60,454 nt of DNA from an uncultured Erysipelotrichaceae bacterium (lineage in GTDB: Bacteria > Bacillota_I > Bacilli_A > RF39 > UBA660): assembly GCA_902801685.1 (NCBI GenBank), contig CADCIZ010000002.1:1-60454 (forward strand), written 5' to 3'. Shown here piece after piece: positions 39,376 to 49,861 of the stretch. The notes below the pieces were generated by a model. The model had not been told where the DNA came from, searched no databases, and worked only from the letters and a program-made list of their open reading frames with translations. Made by a program: the position numbers and the translations under genes. Numbering within the stretch: position 1 is the stretch's first letter; every line of letters begins with the position of its first letter.

Positions 39376-40647
39376 TTAAACCTCTTCCTTCTTATTAGTA
39401 ACTTTCGCAATAATTTCACCATTACTAATTTTTATATTTAACTCATCATCGATATTTATATCATTAATATCTTTAACTAATTTATTATTTTTATATGTTA
39501 CACTAAATCCTCGTTTTAAACTACTTAAAGGATTTAATAGTTCTAACTTATTAATTAAATTATCTAAGTATATTTGTTTATCTTTATATAATATACTAGG
39601 GTTTACTATAATATGATTACTAGTAAGTAATTCTAATCTATGTTTTGCATTATTTAGATTATTTATTATAGATTTGTTAAGCTTTTCAACAAGTAAATCT
39701 AATCCTTGTTTTTTAGCCTCAAACATAATCATTGGATTTTTAATAACAAATGAATTCTTAACTGATTCTAAATACAGTCTTTGATAATTAACTTTAGTAT
39801 TGATTGCTTCATTTAATCTAACCTTTAAATTATGCATATAATTTATTAAATCAGGTAAATTAGGTACTGCCATTTCTGCTGCTCCTGTTGGAGTAGGCGC
39901 ACGCATATCAGCAACAAAATCTGCAATCGTATAATCTATTTCATGGCCTACCGCACTAATTGTTGGTACTTTACATGCAAATATACGTCTGGCTAACTCT
40001 TCTTCATTAAAGTTCCATAAATCTTCAATAGAACCTCCACCACGCCCAATAATCAATACATCAAGATTAAACTCTTCTGCTTTATCGATAGATGCAATTA
40101 TACTTTTATAAGCATTATCTCCTTGTACTAATGATGGAAACAATAATACTTCACATATTGGATATCTTCTTTTAATTGTTGAGATAATATCTTTTACGGC
40201 TGCTCCTTCTCTAGCAGTAATTACACCAATTCTCTCAGGATACTTAGGTATTTTTTTCTTATATTTAGAATCAAATAGTCCTTCTTGAGCTAAATCTTTC
40301 TTTAATTTTTCATACGCTAAATAAAGATTTCCTATACCATCTTTTTCCATCTCACTAACATATATTTGATAACTTCCTGTTGCTTCATATACACTAATTC
40401 TACCAGTAACAAGTATTTTATCTCCATCATTAGGAACAAACGTTAACTTTTTAGCATTACCACTAAACATAATAGCATTTATTTTACTAGTTTCATCTTT
40501 AATAGAAAAATATATATGTCCTGTTGAATGCATCTTTAAATTAGATATTTCACCTTTTAAAAAGACATTAAATAAGTTACTATCATTATCTAATTTATGT
40601 TTTAAATACTTATTAATTGCTGATACAGTTAAATATCTATCTTGCAT
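39376..40647 (-). CDS. xseA: Exodeoxyribonuclease VII large subunit
   Basis: GEISN, GHIYFSIKD, GRGGGSIEDLW, SAVGHEID, TPTGAAE. Confidence 0.96.
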   Translation of the reverse strand: MQDRYLTVSAINKYLKHKLDNDSNLFNVFLKGEISNLKMHSTGHIYFSIKDETSKINAIMFSGNAKKLTFVPNDGDKILVTGRISVYEATGSYQIYVSEMEKDGIGNLYLAYEKLKKDLAQEGLFDSKYKKKIPKYPERIGVITAREGAAVKDIISTIKRRYPICEVLLFPSLVQGDNAYKSIIASIDKAEEFNLDVLIIGRGGGSIEDLWNFNEEELARRIFACKVPTISAVGHEIDYTIADFVADMRAPTPTGAAEMAVPNLPDLINYMHNLKVRLNEAINTKVNYQRLYLESVKNSFVIKNPMIMFEAKKQGLDLLVEKLNKSIINNLNNAKHRLELLTSNHIIVNPSILYKDKQIYLDNLINKLELLNPLSSLKRGFSVTYKNNKLVKDINDINIDDELNIKISNGEIIAKVTNKKEEV

Positions 40648-41071
40648 TCTTATCTTCCTTATCTACTTTTTCATGATATACTTTATCAAGACATGCATTA
40701 ATCATATTTTTAACTTTATCATCACTATATAACTTTGCAAGATTAACTGATTCATTTATAACTACTATAGGTGGAGTATCTGTATACATTAACTCATATA
40801 TTCCCATAAGTAATATTGCTTGATCAGTATTACCTAATCTATTTATAGTCCAACCATTTAAATAAGTATTCGCAATATTAATTAATTTATCTTTATATGT
40901 AACTACACCATATACTATTTCTTTTACAAATTCATTATCAATCTCATAAACAGATTTAATTACATCATCTACATTGTATTCAACTTTATTAGCCTCATAA
41001 ACATTTATTTGATAGAGTATCGTCATTATTTTAGTTCTTAATTCACTTCTATTTAAACTCATTTCAATCAC
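40637..41071 (-). CDS. nusB: Transcription antitermination factor NusB
   Basis: R..IMTILYQ, WTINRL..D.AIL, TPPIVVINESVNLAK, INACLD. Confidence 0.9.
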   Translation of the reverse strand: MIEMSLNRSELRTKIMTILYQINVYEANKVEYNVDDVIKSVYEIDNEFVKEIVYGVVTYKDKLINIANTYLNGWTINRLGNTDQAILLMGIYELMYTDTPPIVVINESVNLAKLYSDDKVKNMINACLDKVYHEKVDKEDKNAR

Positions 41072-41132
41072 CTAACTAATTTTATCATGATTTAAAAAAA
41101 ATATAAAGAAAGTTCTTTATATTTTCTAATTT

Positions 41133-42272
41133 TTATCCGCTATAGGTAAATGAATTAAGATCTCCATCACCAATAGTGGTGTTGTTATATGCCAATAAAT
41201 AATCTGTATAATCATAACTAATAATTAAACAAGTTTTATAACTTCCCTTTGTAGAAATATCTTGCGCAAAATCATGTGTGCCAATAGTGTATGTACAAGC
41301 AGAACCATTATAAGTACATGAGCCATCTTTATTTAATACTAAAGTATATCCTTCACTTGCTGCTTCACCAATATAAGTACCATACTTTATTGTATAATTA
41401 CCTAATTTAATACCTTCTGATTCTTGTTTTTTCTGTTCTTCGATTTGTTTTTGTTTTTCTTCTTCTATTCTAGCATTTTCTTCTTTAATACTTTTAATAC
41501 TATCTTGTTTAGTTTTTAACTCTTCTTTTAATTTATCAGTAGCCTTTTTATTAGCCTCAATAACCTTACTTATATCTTCATATATTTCTATACTTTTCTC
41601 TACTCTTTTCTTAAGTTCATTCTCAACTAATTTACTATCAAAGGTAAATGAATTATCTTTAGTATCTACTTTAATAAATGTTTCTTCAAACTTAGTTAAA
41701 GTAACCTCTTTACCTGTAGAATCAGTAACTGACTCTTTATCATTTTCATTAAATACATATTTTTCTACCATAACAGCCTTACTTGAATCTTTATTTGTCT
41801 TGCTATTGATTTGATCAGTTAAATTCTTATAATAATTAGAATCATCTGATACAGTATTAGAGTAATAATTATATGTATCTTTTTCGATATTATAGAGTAA
41901 TTCTACACTAGTTGGTTCATTATATACTAATGCATTTACTTTATCATCTTCGATATAATATACATTAGTATAATTATTATCTTCTTTATTATAACTAATA
42001 GTCATAACTGGTTCTTTAATATCAGTAACATTAAATATACTTACCTTTGCATCCTTAATATCACTAGGTAATCCTGCTTTTTCATATAACTTATTTTCAT
42101 TTATGTCTTTTAAATAAAGATAATAAGTCTCTCCCCATGTAGTTTTTAACTTATCACTTTTATTACCAAATATTTTATCTTTAAATAAGTAGCCACATGC
42201 TAATAAACATATAACTAAAATTATACCAATTGCTATAAATAATTCCTTTTTACTTTTCATATATATAACCAC
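41133..42272 (-). CDS. Membrane-anchored hypothetical protein with coiled coil
   Basis: N-terminal hydrophobic helix, EEKQKQ-rich coil, small Cys-containing C-terminal domain. Confidence 0.7.
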   Translation of the reverse strand: MVIYMKSKKELFIAIGIILVICLLACGYLFKDKIFGNKSDKLKTTWGETYYLYLKDINENKLYEKAGLPSDIKDAKVSIFNVTDIKEPVMTISYNKEDNNYTNVYYIEDDKVNALVYNEPTSVELLYNIEKDTYNYYSNTVSDDSNYYKNLTDQINSKTNKDSSKAVMVEKYVFNENDKESVTDSTGKEVTLTKFEETFIKVDTKDNSFTFDSKLVENELKKRVEKSIEIYEDISKVIEANKKATDKLKEELKTKQDSIKSIKEENARIEEEKQKQIEEQKKQESEGIKLGNYTIKYGTYIGEAASEGYTLVLNKDGSCTYNGSACTYTIGTHDFAQDISTKGSYKTCLIISYDYTDYLLAYNNTTIGDGDLNSFTYSG

Positions 42273-42335
42273 CTTTATCCTTATATAAATAATATCATAT
42301 TTTCAAATATTTAACAACTAATTAATTTTCTGATA

Positions 42336-44096
42336 TTATTTGTAATTATCTAAAAACTCTTTTAAATTCTCGCTTACATTATGCGGAAGTATTTTATCTA
42401 ACTCATCAATACTTGCCTGCTTCATTTTATTAATACTATGATACTTCTTTAAAAGTTCATTCTTTCTTTTCTCACCAATACCTTCAATATTATCAAGCAC
42501 ACTAGATAAACTTCCTTTACTTCTTATTTGTCTATGATAATTAATAGTAAAATTATGTACTTCATCTTGCATTCTTTCAAGAAGATAAAATAAATTACTT
42601 TTTTTATCAATTTCAATTTCTTCAATTGGATCAAAAGCTAATAACTTACTTGTTGCATGATGATTATCTTTCTTAAGTCCCACTACTGGAATATCAAGGC
42701 CTAATGATTCAATTACTTCTCGGGCAACATTTATCTGTCCTACTCCACCATCAACAATTATTAAATTAGGTCTTACTAGATTATCAGATAATACTCTAAA
42801 ATATCTACGATATATAACCTCACGCATCGTATTATAATCATCATTCTTATCAATGCTAATTTTAAATTTACGATAATCATTTTTAGAAGGAACACCTTCT
42901 TTAAAAACAACCATACCAGATACATTATATTCACCAAACAAATGAGCATTATCAAATATCTCTATTCTATCTAAGGTATCTAGTTTTAATATTTTTCTTA
43001 ATTCTTCATTAGCCTCTATAGTTCTTTTCTCATCTTTCTTTATTAGTTCAAATTTTTCATTCAATGCAATTTTAGCATTATCATTTGCCATCTCAACTAA
43101 TCTAAGTTTTTCCCCTTTCATAGGTACTTTAACATTAATCTCTAAATAGTTTTCTAATAAACCTTTATCAACTATATTCGGTACTAATATCTCTTTTGGT
43201 TTTAATATATCCTTATTGTAGAAATTTGCAATATATCTAGTTAACTCTTCATCCTCATTTTCAATTAGAGGAAATATTTTAGAATGTCTTTCTATTATTT
43301 TAGAATTTCTAATAAAGAATACTTGAATGCTAATATAGCCTTTATCTACATAATATCCAAAGATATCTCTATTAACATTATCTTTTAATTCTACTTTTTG
43401 ATGAGTAAGTGTTACTTTGATGTAATCAAGTAGTTGCTTTATCTCTAATGCTTTCTCATAATGCATTTGCTTAGATTCTTCTTCCATCTCACGTTCTAAT
43501 TTCTCTCTTACTATCGAATCATCACCATTTAAGAACTTAATAATCTCACTTTTCATAGATTCTATTTTATCTTTATCTATATCATAAACACAATATCCTA
43601 AGCACTGCCCTATATGATAATATAAACATGTTTTCTTAGGATAAGTACGACATTTCTTTAAAGGATAAATTCTATTTAATAAATTAACCGTACCACGAGC
43701 AGCAGTAACATTAGGATAAGGGCCATATAAATTCTTTTGATTCTTCTTACGATTTATACTTCTTACTACTTTAAGTGTAGGTACTTTTTCATTAGTAAGT
43801 TCAATATAAGGATAACTCTTATCATCTCTAAGTAAAATATTATACTTAGGATCATACTTTTTAATTAAATTAATCTCTAATATAAGTGACTCTACTTCAC
43901 TTTCAACAACTATATATTCAAAATCTACTATTTCACTAACTAACTTTGCCGTCTTACCATAGTGTTTGCCCCTAAAATAAGAATTAACTCTATTTTTTAA
44001 ATTTTTAGCTTTGCCAACATAAATAATAACTCCATCCTTATTTTTCATTAAATAGCACCCAGGTTTATTAGGTAACAAGAGTAATTTATCATGCAT
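42336..44096 (-). CDS. uvrC: Excinuclease ABC subunit C
   Basis: PGCYLM..IYVGKAKNL, PKYNILLRDDKSYPY, IEIFDNAH, DGGVGQ, GIGEKR. Confidence 0.97.
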   Translation of the reverse strand: MHDKLLLLPNKPGCYLMKNKDGVIIYVGKAKNLKNRVNSYFRGKHYGKTAKLVSEIVDFEYIVVESEVESLILEINLIKKYDPKYNILLRDDKSYPYIELTNEKVPTLKVVRSINRKKNQKNLYGPYPNVTAARGTVNLLNRIYPLKKCRTYPKKTCLYYHIGQCLGYCVYDIDKDKIESMKSEIIKFLNGDDSIVREKLEREMEEESKQMHYEKALEIKQLLDYIKVTLTHQKVELKDNVNRDIFGYYVDKGYISIQVFFIRNSKIIERHSKIFPLIENEDEELTRYIANFYNKDILKPKEILVPNIVDKGLLENYLEINVKVPMKGEKLRLVEMANDNAKIALNEKFELIKKDEKRTIEANEELRKILKLDTLDRIEIFDNAHLFGEYNVSGMVVFKEGVPSKNDYRKFKISIDKNDDYNTMREVIYRRYFRVLSDNLVRPNLIIVDGGVGQINVAREVIESLGLDIPVVGLKKDNHHATSKLLAFDPIEEIEIDKKSNLFYLLERMQDEVHNFTINYHRQIRSKGSLSSVLDNIEGIGEKRKNELLKKYHSINKMKQASIDELDKILPHNVSENLKEFLDNYK

Positions 44097-44207
44097 TATA
44101 TCACCTCCAGAAAACTATATAGATTATAACAGATTTAGCATAATAACTCAATTTGCAATATACTAAAAAAAATGGTAGAATAACGACTAACAAAGGGGGG
44201 GATATAT

Positions 44208-45113
44208 ATGAATAGTATATCACAAAGTGAAATATCAAAAATTGATGAATTGTTTGAAACATATTACGAAACTGGAGAATATCCTGCAGTTGATAAGGAT
44301 ATAGTAAGTAGAATAATAGATGTTAAACCTAATAATATGGTTAAATTTGAAATCGAAGAAGTTTATGAAAGATATATTGAATATTTAAAACTATTAGATA
44401 GTCTTGACAAAGATAAACTAAAGCACTATTTATCGACTTTAAAAAACGTTGATATTATTGATAATCAAGTATTAGAAGGCGAAGATTCATTCTTGATTAA
44501 TTTGTATTCAAATGTTGAGAAAAAGCATGCCTTAGATAGCATAGTAAAAAAAGATAAACTTAGTGATTCACTTCTTAAACAAACTCATCAATTACTTTTA
44601 AAAGGTACAACTAGTGAAGAATTAAGCACTGGAGATTATCGTGATAATAACAGAAGATTTGTAGGAACATATAAAAATGGTGTAAGAAATATTCACTTTC
44701 TTCCACTTCATACAAAAAATATTGAATACGCAATGAAAGATTTTCTTGAATATTATAATCAAAAAGAAACTAATATTGACAATTTGTTTTTAAAACCAAT
44801 AAAAATTCATGGTATGATAGGTGCTTTACAAGTATTTAATGATGGTAATACAAGATTAGGTAGATTACTTCAAAATGCTAAAATATATAGACAAACTAAT
44901 AAACTATTAGGAACAAAATATGATAATCCAACTGTATATTTAACAAGATCATATCAGCCTTGTAGAAGAGACTATCGTGAAAAAATCGATGAACTTGCAA
45001 TAAATCCAAGTGAAGAAATAGTGAATAGTTGGATGTTATTCAACTTAAGAAGAGCTGAAGAAGAAATATATGTCAACTCAAACAGAATTGAAAAAATGAA
45101 AACTTTAAGATAA
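44208..45113 (+). CDS. Fic-domain protein with non-canonical motif
   Basis: IH..QVFNDGNTRLGR versus canonical HPFxxGNGRxxR; H..LLKG..GDYR upstream. Confidence 0.75.
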   Translation: MNSISQSEISKIDELFETYYETGEYPAVDKDIVSRIIDVKPNNMVKFEIEEVYERYIEYLKLLDSLDKDKLKHYLSTLKNVDIIDNQVLEGEDSFLINLYSNVEKKHALDSIVKKDKLSDSLLKQTHQLLLKGTTSEELSTGDYRDNNRRFVGTYKNGVRNIHFLPLHTKNIEYAMKDFLEYYNQKETNIDNLFLKPIKIHGMIGALQVFNDGNTRLGRLLQNAKIYRQTNKLLGTKYDNPTVYLTRSYQPCRRDYREKIDELAINPSEEIVNSWMLFNLRRAEEEIYVNSNRIEKMKTLR

Positions 45114-45125
45114 AAGAATTATAGA

Positions 45126-45713
45126 TTATTTCAACCTATAATTCTTTTTATTATAATTTTTATATGCATTTATTAAATCAATATCCATAATATTTGCCGG
45201 AATACTATCGATATTAAAAAATTGTAATCGTTTAGTTTCTGAATCCCCTTTTAATTCTTTGATATCATTTTCAGTAACATTAGCCAAGTATAGAGATGTA
45301 TTATTATATACTATATCACCATTCGGATAACTATTTTTTCTAGATTCACCTGATAATGTATCTATTAATTCAATATCTAATGGATTTAATTTAATACCTG
45401 TTTCTTCATATGCTTCTCTTACAGCAGTAACTCTTAAATCTTCACCTAACTCTTGGCATCCTCCAGGTAATCCCCATTTATTCCTATCTGTTCTTTCTTG
45501 TAACAATATTTCACCAATTTCATTTCTTATAATAATTGCCGCACCAGTTTGAATAAATGGTATATGACTTATTCTATCATCAAGTGCCATCCTAAATAAC
45601 ACTGGATATCCACCATATTTTCTACTCAATTCTAGCAATTCTTTTTCACTTAAATTCATAACTAATTTTACAAATTCTTCATGTGTATAGTCTCTCATTT
45701 TTTTATAATCCAT
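45126..45713 (-). CDS. NUDIX hydrolase
   Basis: GGCQELGEDLRVTAVREAYEETGI Nudix box; YPNGD. Confidence 0.92.
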   Translation of the reverse strand: MDYKKMRDYTHEEFVKLVMNLSEKELLELSRKYGGYPVLFRMALDDRISHIPFIQTGAAIIIRNEIGEILLQERTDRNKWGLPGGCQELGEDLRVTAVREAYEETGIKLNPLDIELIDTLSGESRKNSYPNGDIVYNNTSLYLANVTENDIKELKGDSETKRLQFFNIDSIPANIMDIDLINAYKNYNKKNYRLK

Positions 45714-45724
45714 AAATCCTCCAC

Positions 45725-46915
45725 CTAACTATTTTCTATTAATATTTTTAACTTATCTATTTGCCTATTTAAAAGATAACATAATCTACTAATTCTATCA
45801 TCACTAATTTTAGTAATATGTTGATACTTATGTAGCAAATTATCAAACCACTCTACTACTGTATCTAACTTAGATATATCAATTCTTTTAATATTCTTAA
45901 CAACTTTTATTATTTCATCAAATGATTTTATCTCATAAAACAATCTACCATTTCCTTCGGTAACTATTGTACTATCATCGTAATAATTAACGTTTAGTGC
46001 CATACCATTATCAAATATAGGACAAACATTAACCCATTTTAATGTATTAACATCTCTAATAACACCAAAATTATTTAAATGTCTATCTTCATTCATAATT
46101 AAATAATCTAATATATACATATTTTCTAGTTTTTCTCTAGCACCTTTTATACCATTATTTTCAAGTATTTTAATATAATTCTCATAATCTAAAATACTTT
46201 TGTTTTTCTTTTCACCACGTATTATTTGAGATGCAGGTATAATTTCATTATCTTTGGTTGTTAAACATTCACATTTAGATATAACTCTACCTTTAACAAT
46301 ATCTAATGTATACTTAACGTGTTCAAAATTTAATCGTTTACATATCTCAGTTGCAAGAACCTCATTAAATGGTTGCATAATATCATTTTTATATCCACCT
46401 TTTAATAAGTATCTTTTACCATTTTCTATTATCCAAGTTTTTCTTAGCATTCCATCTGTTGTATTATTAGGCGTTCTTAAAGATGCATCATTAGTTGCTG
46501 TAAAAGTTCTATCTGTAAATGTTGCATCTAAAAAATCCGCTGAATCAAAATCATGATCAAAGAAATTAATATCATCATATTTAATGTTACTATCATACGG
46601 TTTAATCCAATATTGATCTGATAAAGATAATCCAAATGATTTATTTAAAAGATCTTCAACACTTGCAATATTTAATCTATATAATAATATATCCAATCTA
46701 TCTCGCCAAGAAGGTATACCTCTACCTTTAAACCAATTTGTTAAAACAACCCTTAAATCTTCACTTTTTTCAAGGTAAATCTTTTTTAAAACATATGGTG
46801 CATAATCAATATTTTTGATATCTATTATTTCATCAAAGAACTTTGAAATATTATTATATTCCGCAATCAATACCTCAATATTTTTATTCATAAGTATGCA
46901 TTTCAAATTAACCAC
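45725..46915 (-). CDS. HipA/CtkA-like kinase-fold protein
   Basis: GLSLSDQYW, TTDGMLRKTW, LLKG, NEV, DYLIMNEDRHLNNFG, PIFDNG. Confidence 0.8.
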   Translation of the reverse strand: MVNLKCILMNKNIEVLIAEYNNISKFFDEIIDIKNIDYAPYVLKKIYLEKSEDLRVVLTNWFKGRGIPSWRDRLDILLYRLNIASVEDLLNKSFGLSLSDQYWIKPYDSNIKYDDINFFDHDFDSADFLDATFTDRTFTATNDASLRTPNNTTDGMLRKTWIIENGKRYLLKGGYKNDIMQPFNEVLATEICKRLNFEHVKYTLDIVKGRVISKCECLTTKDNEIIPASQIIRGEKKNKSILDYENYIKILENNGIKGAREKLENMYILDYLIMNEDRHLNNFGVIRDVNTLKWVNVCPIFDNGMALNVNYYDDSTIVTEGNGRLFYEIKSFDEIIKVVKNIKRIDISKLDTVVEWFDNLLHKYQHITKISDDRISRLCYLLNRQIDKLKILIENS

Positions 46916-46952
46916 CTCAGTTTTTTATATAATTATAATATCATATTCAGAC

Positions 46953-48515
46953 TTATTTTTCACTAGAAACTATTTTCTCAAATGCTTTTATACCATCTAC
47001 AGCAGCAGAGACAATACCTCCTGCATATCCTGCACCTTCTCCTATTGGATATATTCCTTTAATATTAGATTCAAAGTTTTCATCTCTTATAATTCTTATT
47101 GGTGATGATGTACGTGACTCTACTGCAGCAAGAACTGTATCATCGCTATTAAATCCTTTTATTTTAGTATTAAAGTAATCAATTCCTTCTTTTATAGCAT
47201 CATTAATATTTTCAGGAAATATCTCGTTAATATTAGCAAACGTAAATTTTCCTTTTAACATCGGCATAATACTTCCAAAATTAGTTGATACTTTATTGTT
47301 CTTATAATCTTTATATAACTGTATAGGGATTAATCCATTACCTAGTTTATAAGTAATCTTTTCAAGTTTTCTTTGAAACTCCATTCCAGAAAATATATCA
47401 CTACCAAAATCATTTTTATTTACCGTAACGATAATCGCACTATTGGAAGTACCACTATCTCTTTTATAATTACTCATACCATTAATTGCAGTCATACCAT
47501 TTTCTGATGAAGCATTAACTACATAACCACCAGGACACATGCAAAATGAATACACACCTCTATTATTAGATGATTTATAAGTTAATTTATATGATGAAGC
47601 ACCTATATCACATCTACCATATTGATTTATATCTATCATGCGTTGATTATGCATTACACGTACTCCTACCGCAAATGCCTTGGACTCCATATTTATATTT
47701 TTTTCATATAACATTCTAAATGTATCTCTCGCACTATGTCCTAAAGCAAGTACAAGTGTATTACAACTAATATAGTTATCATTATTTACAGTTATTCCTA
47801 CTACTTTGTTATCTTTGATATCAATATCAGTTAAACATGTATTATAAAGAATAGTTCCCCCATTACTTATTATAGACTCTCGCATATTTATAATAACACG
47901 CCTTAATATATCAGTCCCAATATGAGGTTTATTATCATAAAGTATTTCATTAGACGCACCACATTTAACAAATATTTCTAATACTTTTTTAATTCTTCCA
48001 TATTTATCTTTTACTAAAGTATTAAGTTTACCATCAGAAAAAGTACCGGCTCCACCTTCACCAAATTGAACATTTGACTCAGTATTAAGTATACCATCTT
48101 GCCAAAACTTATTAACAGTATTAATTCTATCTTCTACTTTTTCACCACGTTCAATTAAAGTAACTTTATAACCATTACTTGTAAGCATGTATGCTGTAAA
48201 TAAACCAGCAGGACCACTTCCTACAATTACTATTTTCTTACTTTCATCAATCTTATCAACTTTAAATTTATAACTATCATCTGGTGTTTTAAATATATCT
48301 TTATCTTTTATTCTTTTTAATATTTCATCTTCATTATTTACTTTAACATCAACTTCATAAATATAATATAACTTAGGTTTATGCCTTGCATCGATACTTC
48401 TTTTATTAATTATAATATCTTTTATATCATTACTATTAACTTTTAATCTAGATACAATTTTATCTTTTAAATTATTTATATCAATTTCTACTTTAATCTG
48501 CCTTATTCGTATCAT
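46953..48515 (-). CDS. Uncharacterised FAD-dependent dehydrogenase
   Basis: VGSGPAG, QFGEGGAGTFSDGKL, PHIGTD, FCMCPGG, GEGAGYAGGI. Confidence 0.88.
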   Translation of the reverse strand: MIRIRQIKVEIDINNLKDKIVSRLKVNSNDIKDIIINKRSIDARHKPKLYYIYEVDVKVNNEDEILKRIKDKDIFKTPDDSYKFKVDKIDESKKIVIVGSGPAGLFTAYMLTSNGYKVTLIERGEKVEDRINTVNKFWQDGILNTESNVQFGEGGAGTFSDGKLNTLVKDKYGRIKKVLEIFVKCGASNEILYDNKPHIGTDILRRVIINMRESIISNGGTILYNTCLTDIDIKDNKVVGITVNNDNYISCNTLVLALGHSARDTFRMLYEKNINMESKAFAVGVRVMHNQRMIDINQYGRCDIGASSYKLTYKSSNNRGVYSFCMCPGGYVVNASSENGMTAINGMSNYKRDSGTSNSAIIVTVNKNDFGSDIFSGMEFQRKLEKITYKLGNGLIPIQLYKDYKNNKVSTNFGSIMPMLKGKFTFANINEIFPENINDAIKEGIDYFNTKIKGFNSDDTVLAAVESRTSSPIRIIRDENFESNIKGIYPIGEGAGYAGGIVSAAVDGIKAFEKIVSSEK

Positions 48516-49728
48516 TCAAAGCCTCCCCTGCAATAATACCTGTAATCCATGCGAAACCTAGATTATATCCACCACATTCTCCATCACAATCTAATAATTC
48601 TCCTGTAATATATAAATCGCTTTTAATTATTGATTCCATAGTATTAGGATTAATCTCATTAAGTGATACACCACCACGACAAGTTTGTGCGCTCGCAAAT
48701 CCTTTAGTATCAACTATAGTAAGTTCAAAATCAGTTAGATTCTTATATAACTCGTTTTTCTTATCAGTGCTTAAAGATTCCCAAGTATCATTATAATCAA
48801 TATTACATATATCAAGTATTGTATTAGATAATTTATAATTCATAATACCATCAAATACTTCAGAGATAGTTCTATCTTTTAATATATTATTTCTATTATC
48901 CATAAAACTTATAAAATCATCAATCCAAGGAATAAAATTAATATGAATTACTTCTTTTTTATTTTGTGATAATCCCTTAGAAACAAATGAGCTTAACTGA
49001 AATACACATATTCCACTAACACCATAATCAGTAAGTTGTACTTCCCCACTACTTTTTTTAATTAATTTATTATTTTCAAATAAACTAACATCACAATCAA
49101 TTCTAACGCCATTCCACTTTTTTAAGAAATTCCCACTTCCTACTAATTGAACTAATGCAGGAGTAACAGTATTTATTTTATGATTAAACTTACTTAAAAT
49201 ATCATAACCTATACTTTTTTCTTTTATCCATGCATTAGAACCTGTAGATATAACTAATTTATCACAAGTATAATTACCAAGTGAGGTTATTACTTCATAT
49301 GAATCATTGTAATTAACATCAAATACTTCACAATCATTAATTATCTTAACACCTCTAACCTCACATTCTTTAACTAAGGCTTCACGAACACTTATTGCTT
49401 GATTAGACATTGGATAATAATAACCATTTTTAATATTAGGTACAATTCCAATACTATCAAAAAAATCCATTACTTTTTTCTTGTTTGAATCACTAATAAT
49501 AGTCTCTAATTTATCAATATTTTCAGCATTAAAATGTACTGAAGTAAAATCACTATTAAAGTAATTACATTTACCATTACCTGTTGCGAGTATCTTTTTA
49601 CCACACTTACTGTTTTTTTCAAGTATTGTAACATCATTATTCTGTGACGCAAAGATTGCAGCAACTAATCCTGATGCACCTCCACCAATAATTATTACTT
49701 TATTATTTTTACTCATAATTACCACCAA
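48493..49728 (-). CDS. HI0933/BaiN-family flavoprotein
   Basis: IGGGASG, GKKILATGNGKCN, GGVSLNEI, GELLDCDGECGGYNL. Confidence 0.9.
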   Translation of the reverse strand: MVVIMSKNNKVIIIGGGASGLVAAIFASQNNDVTILEKNSKCGKKILATGNGKCNYFNSDFTSVHFNAENIDKLETIISDSNKKKVMDFFDSIGIVPNIKNGYYYPMSNQAISVREALVKECEVRGVKIINDCEVFDVNYNDSYEVITSLGNYTCDKLVISTGSNAWIKEKSIGYDILSKFNHKINTVTPALVQLVGSGNFLKKWNGVRIDCDVSLFENNKLIKKSSGEVQLTDYGVSGICVFQLSSFVSKGLSQNKKEVIHINFIPWIDDFISFMDNRNNILKDRTISEVFDGIMNYKLSNTILDICNIDYNDTWESLSTDKKNELYKNLTDFELTIVDTKGFASAQTCRGGVSLNEINPNTMESIIKSDLYITGELLDCDGECGGYNLGFAWITGIIAGEALNDTNKAD

Positions 49729-49861
49729 CTAGTAAAATTATATCATTATACTAAAGAAAAAGAAATAACCGATAATTATTTCTTAAGTATTCTTAATATA
49801 TATTAATAAAAGTTTTACCCAATTTAACATTTTTTTAATTCATATGAGTGTGTTTCAAAAC

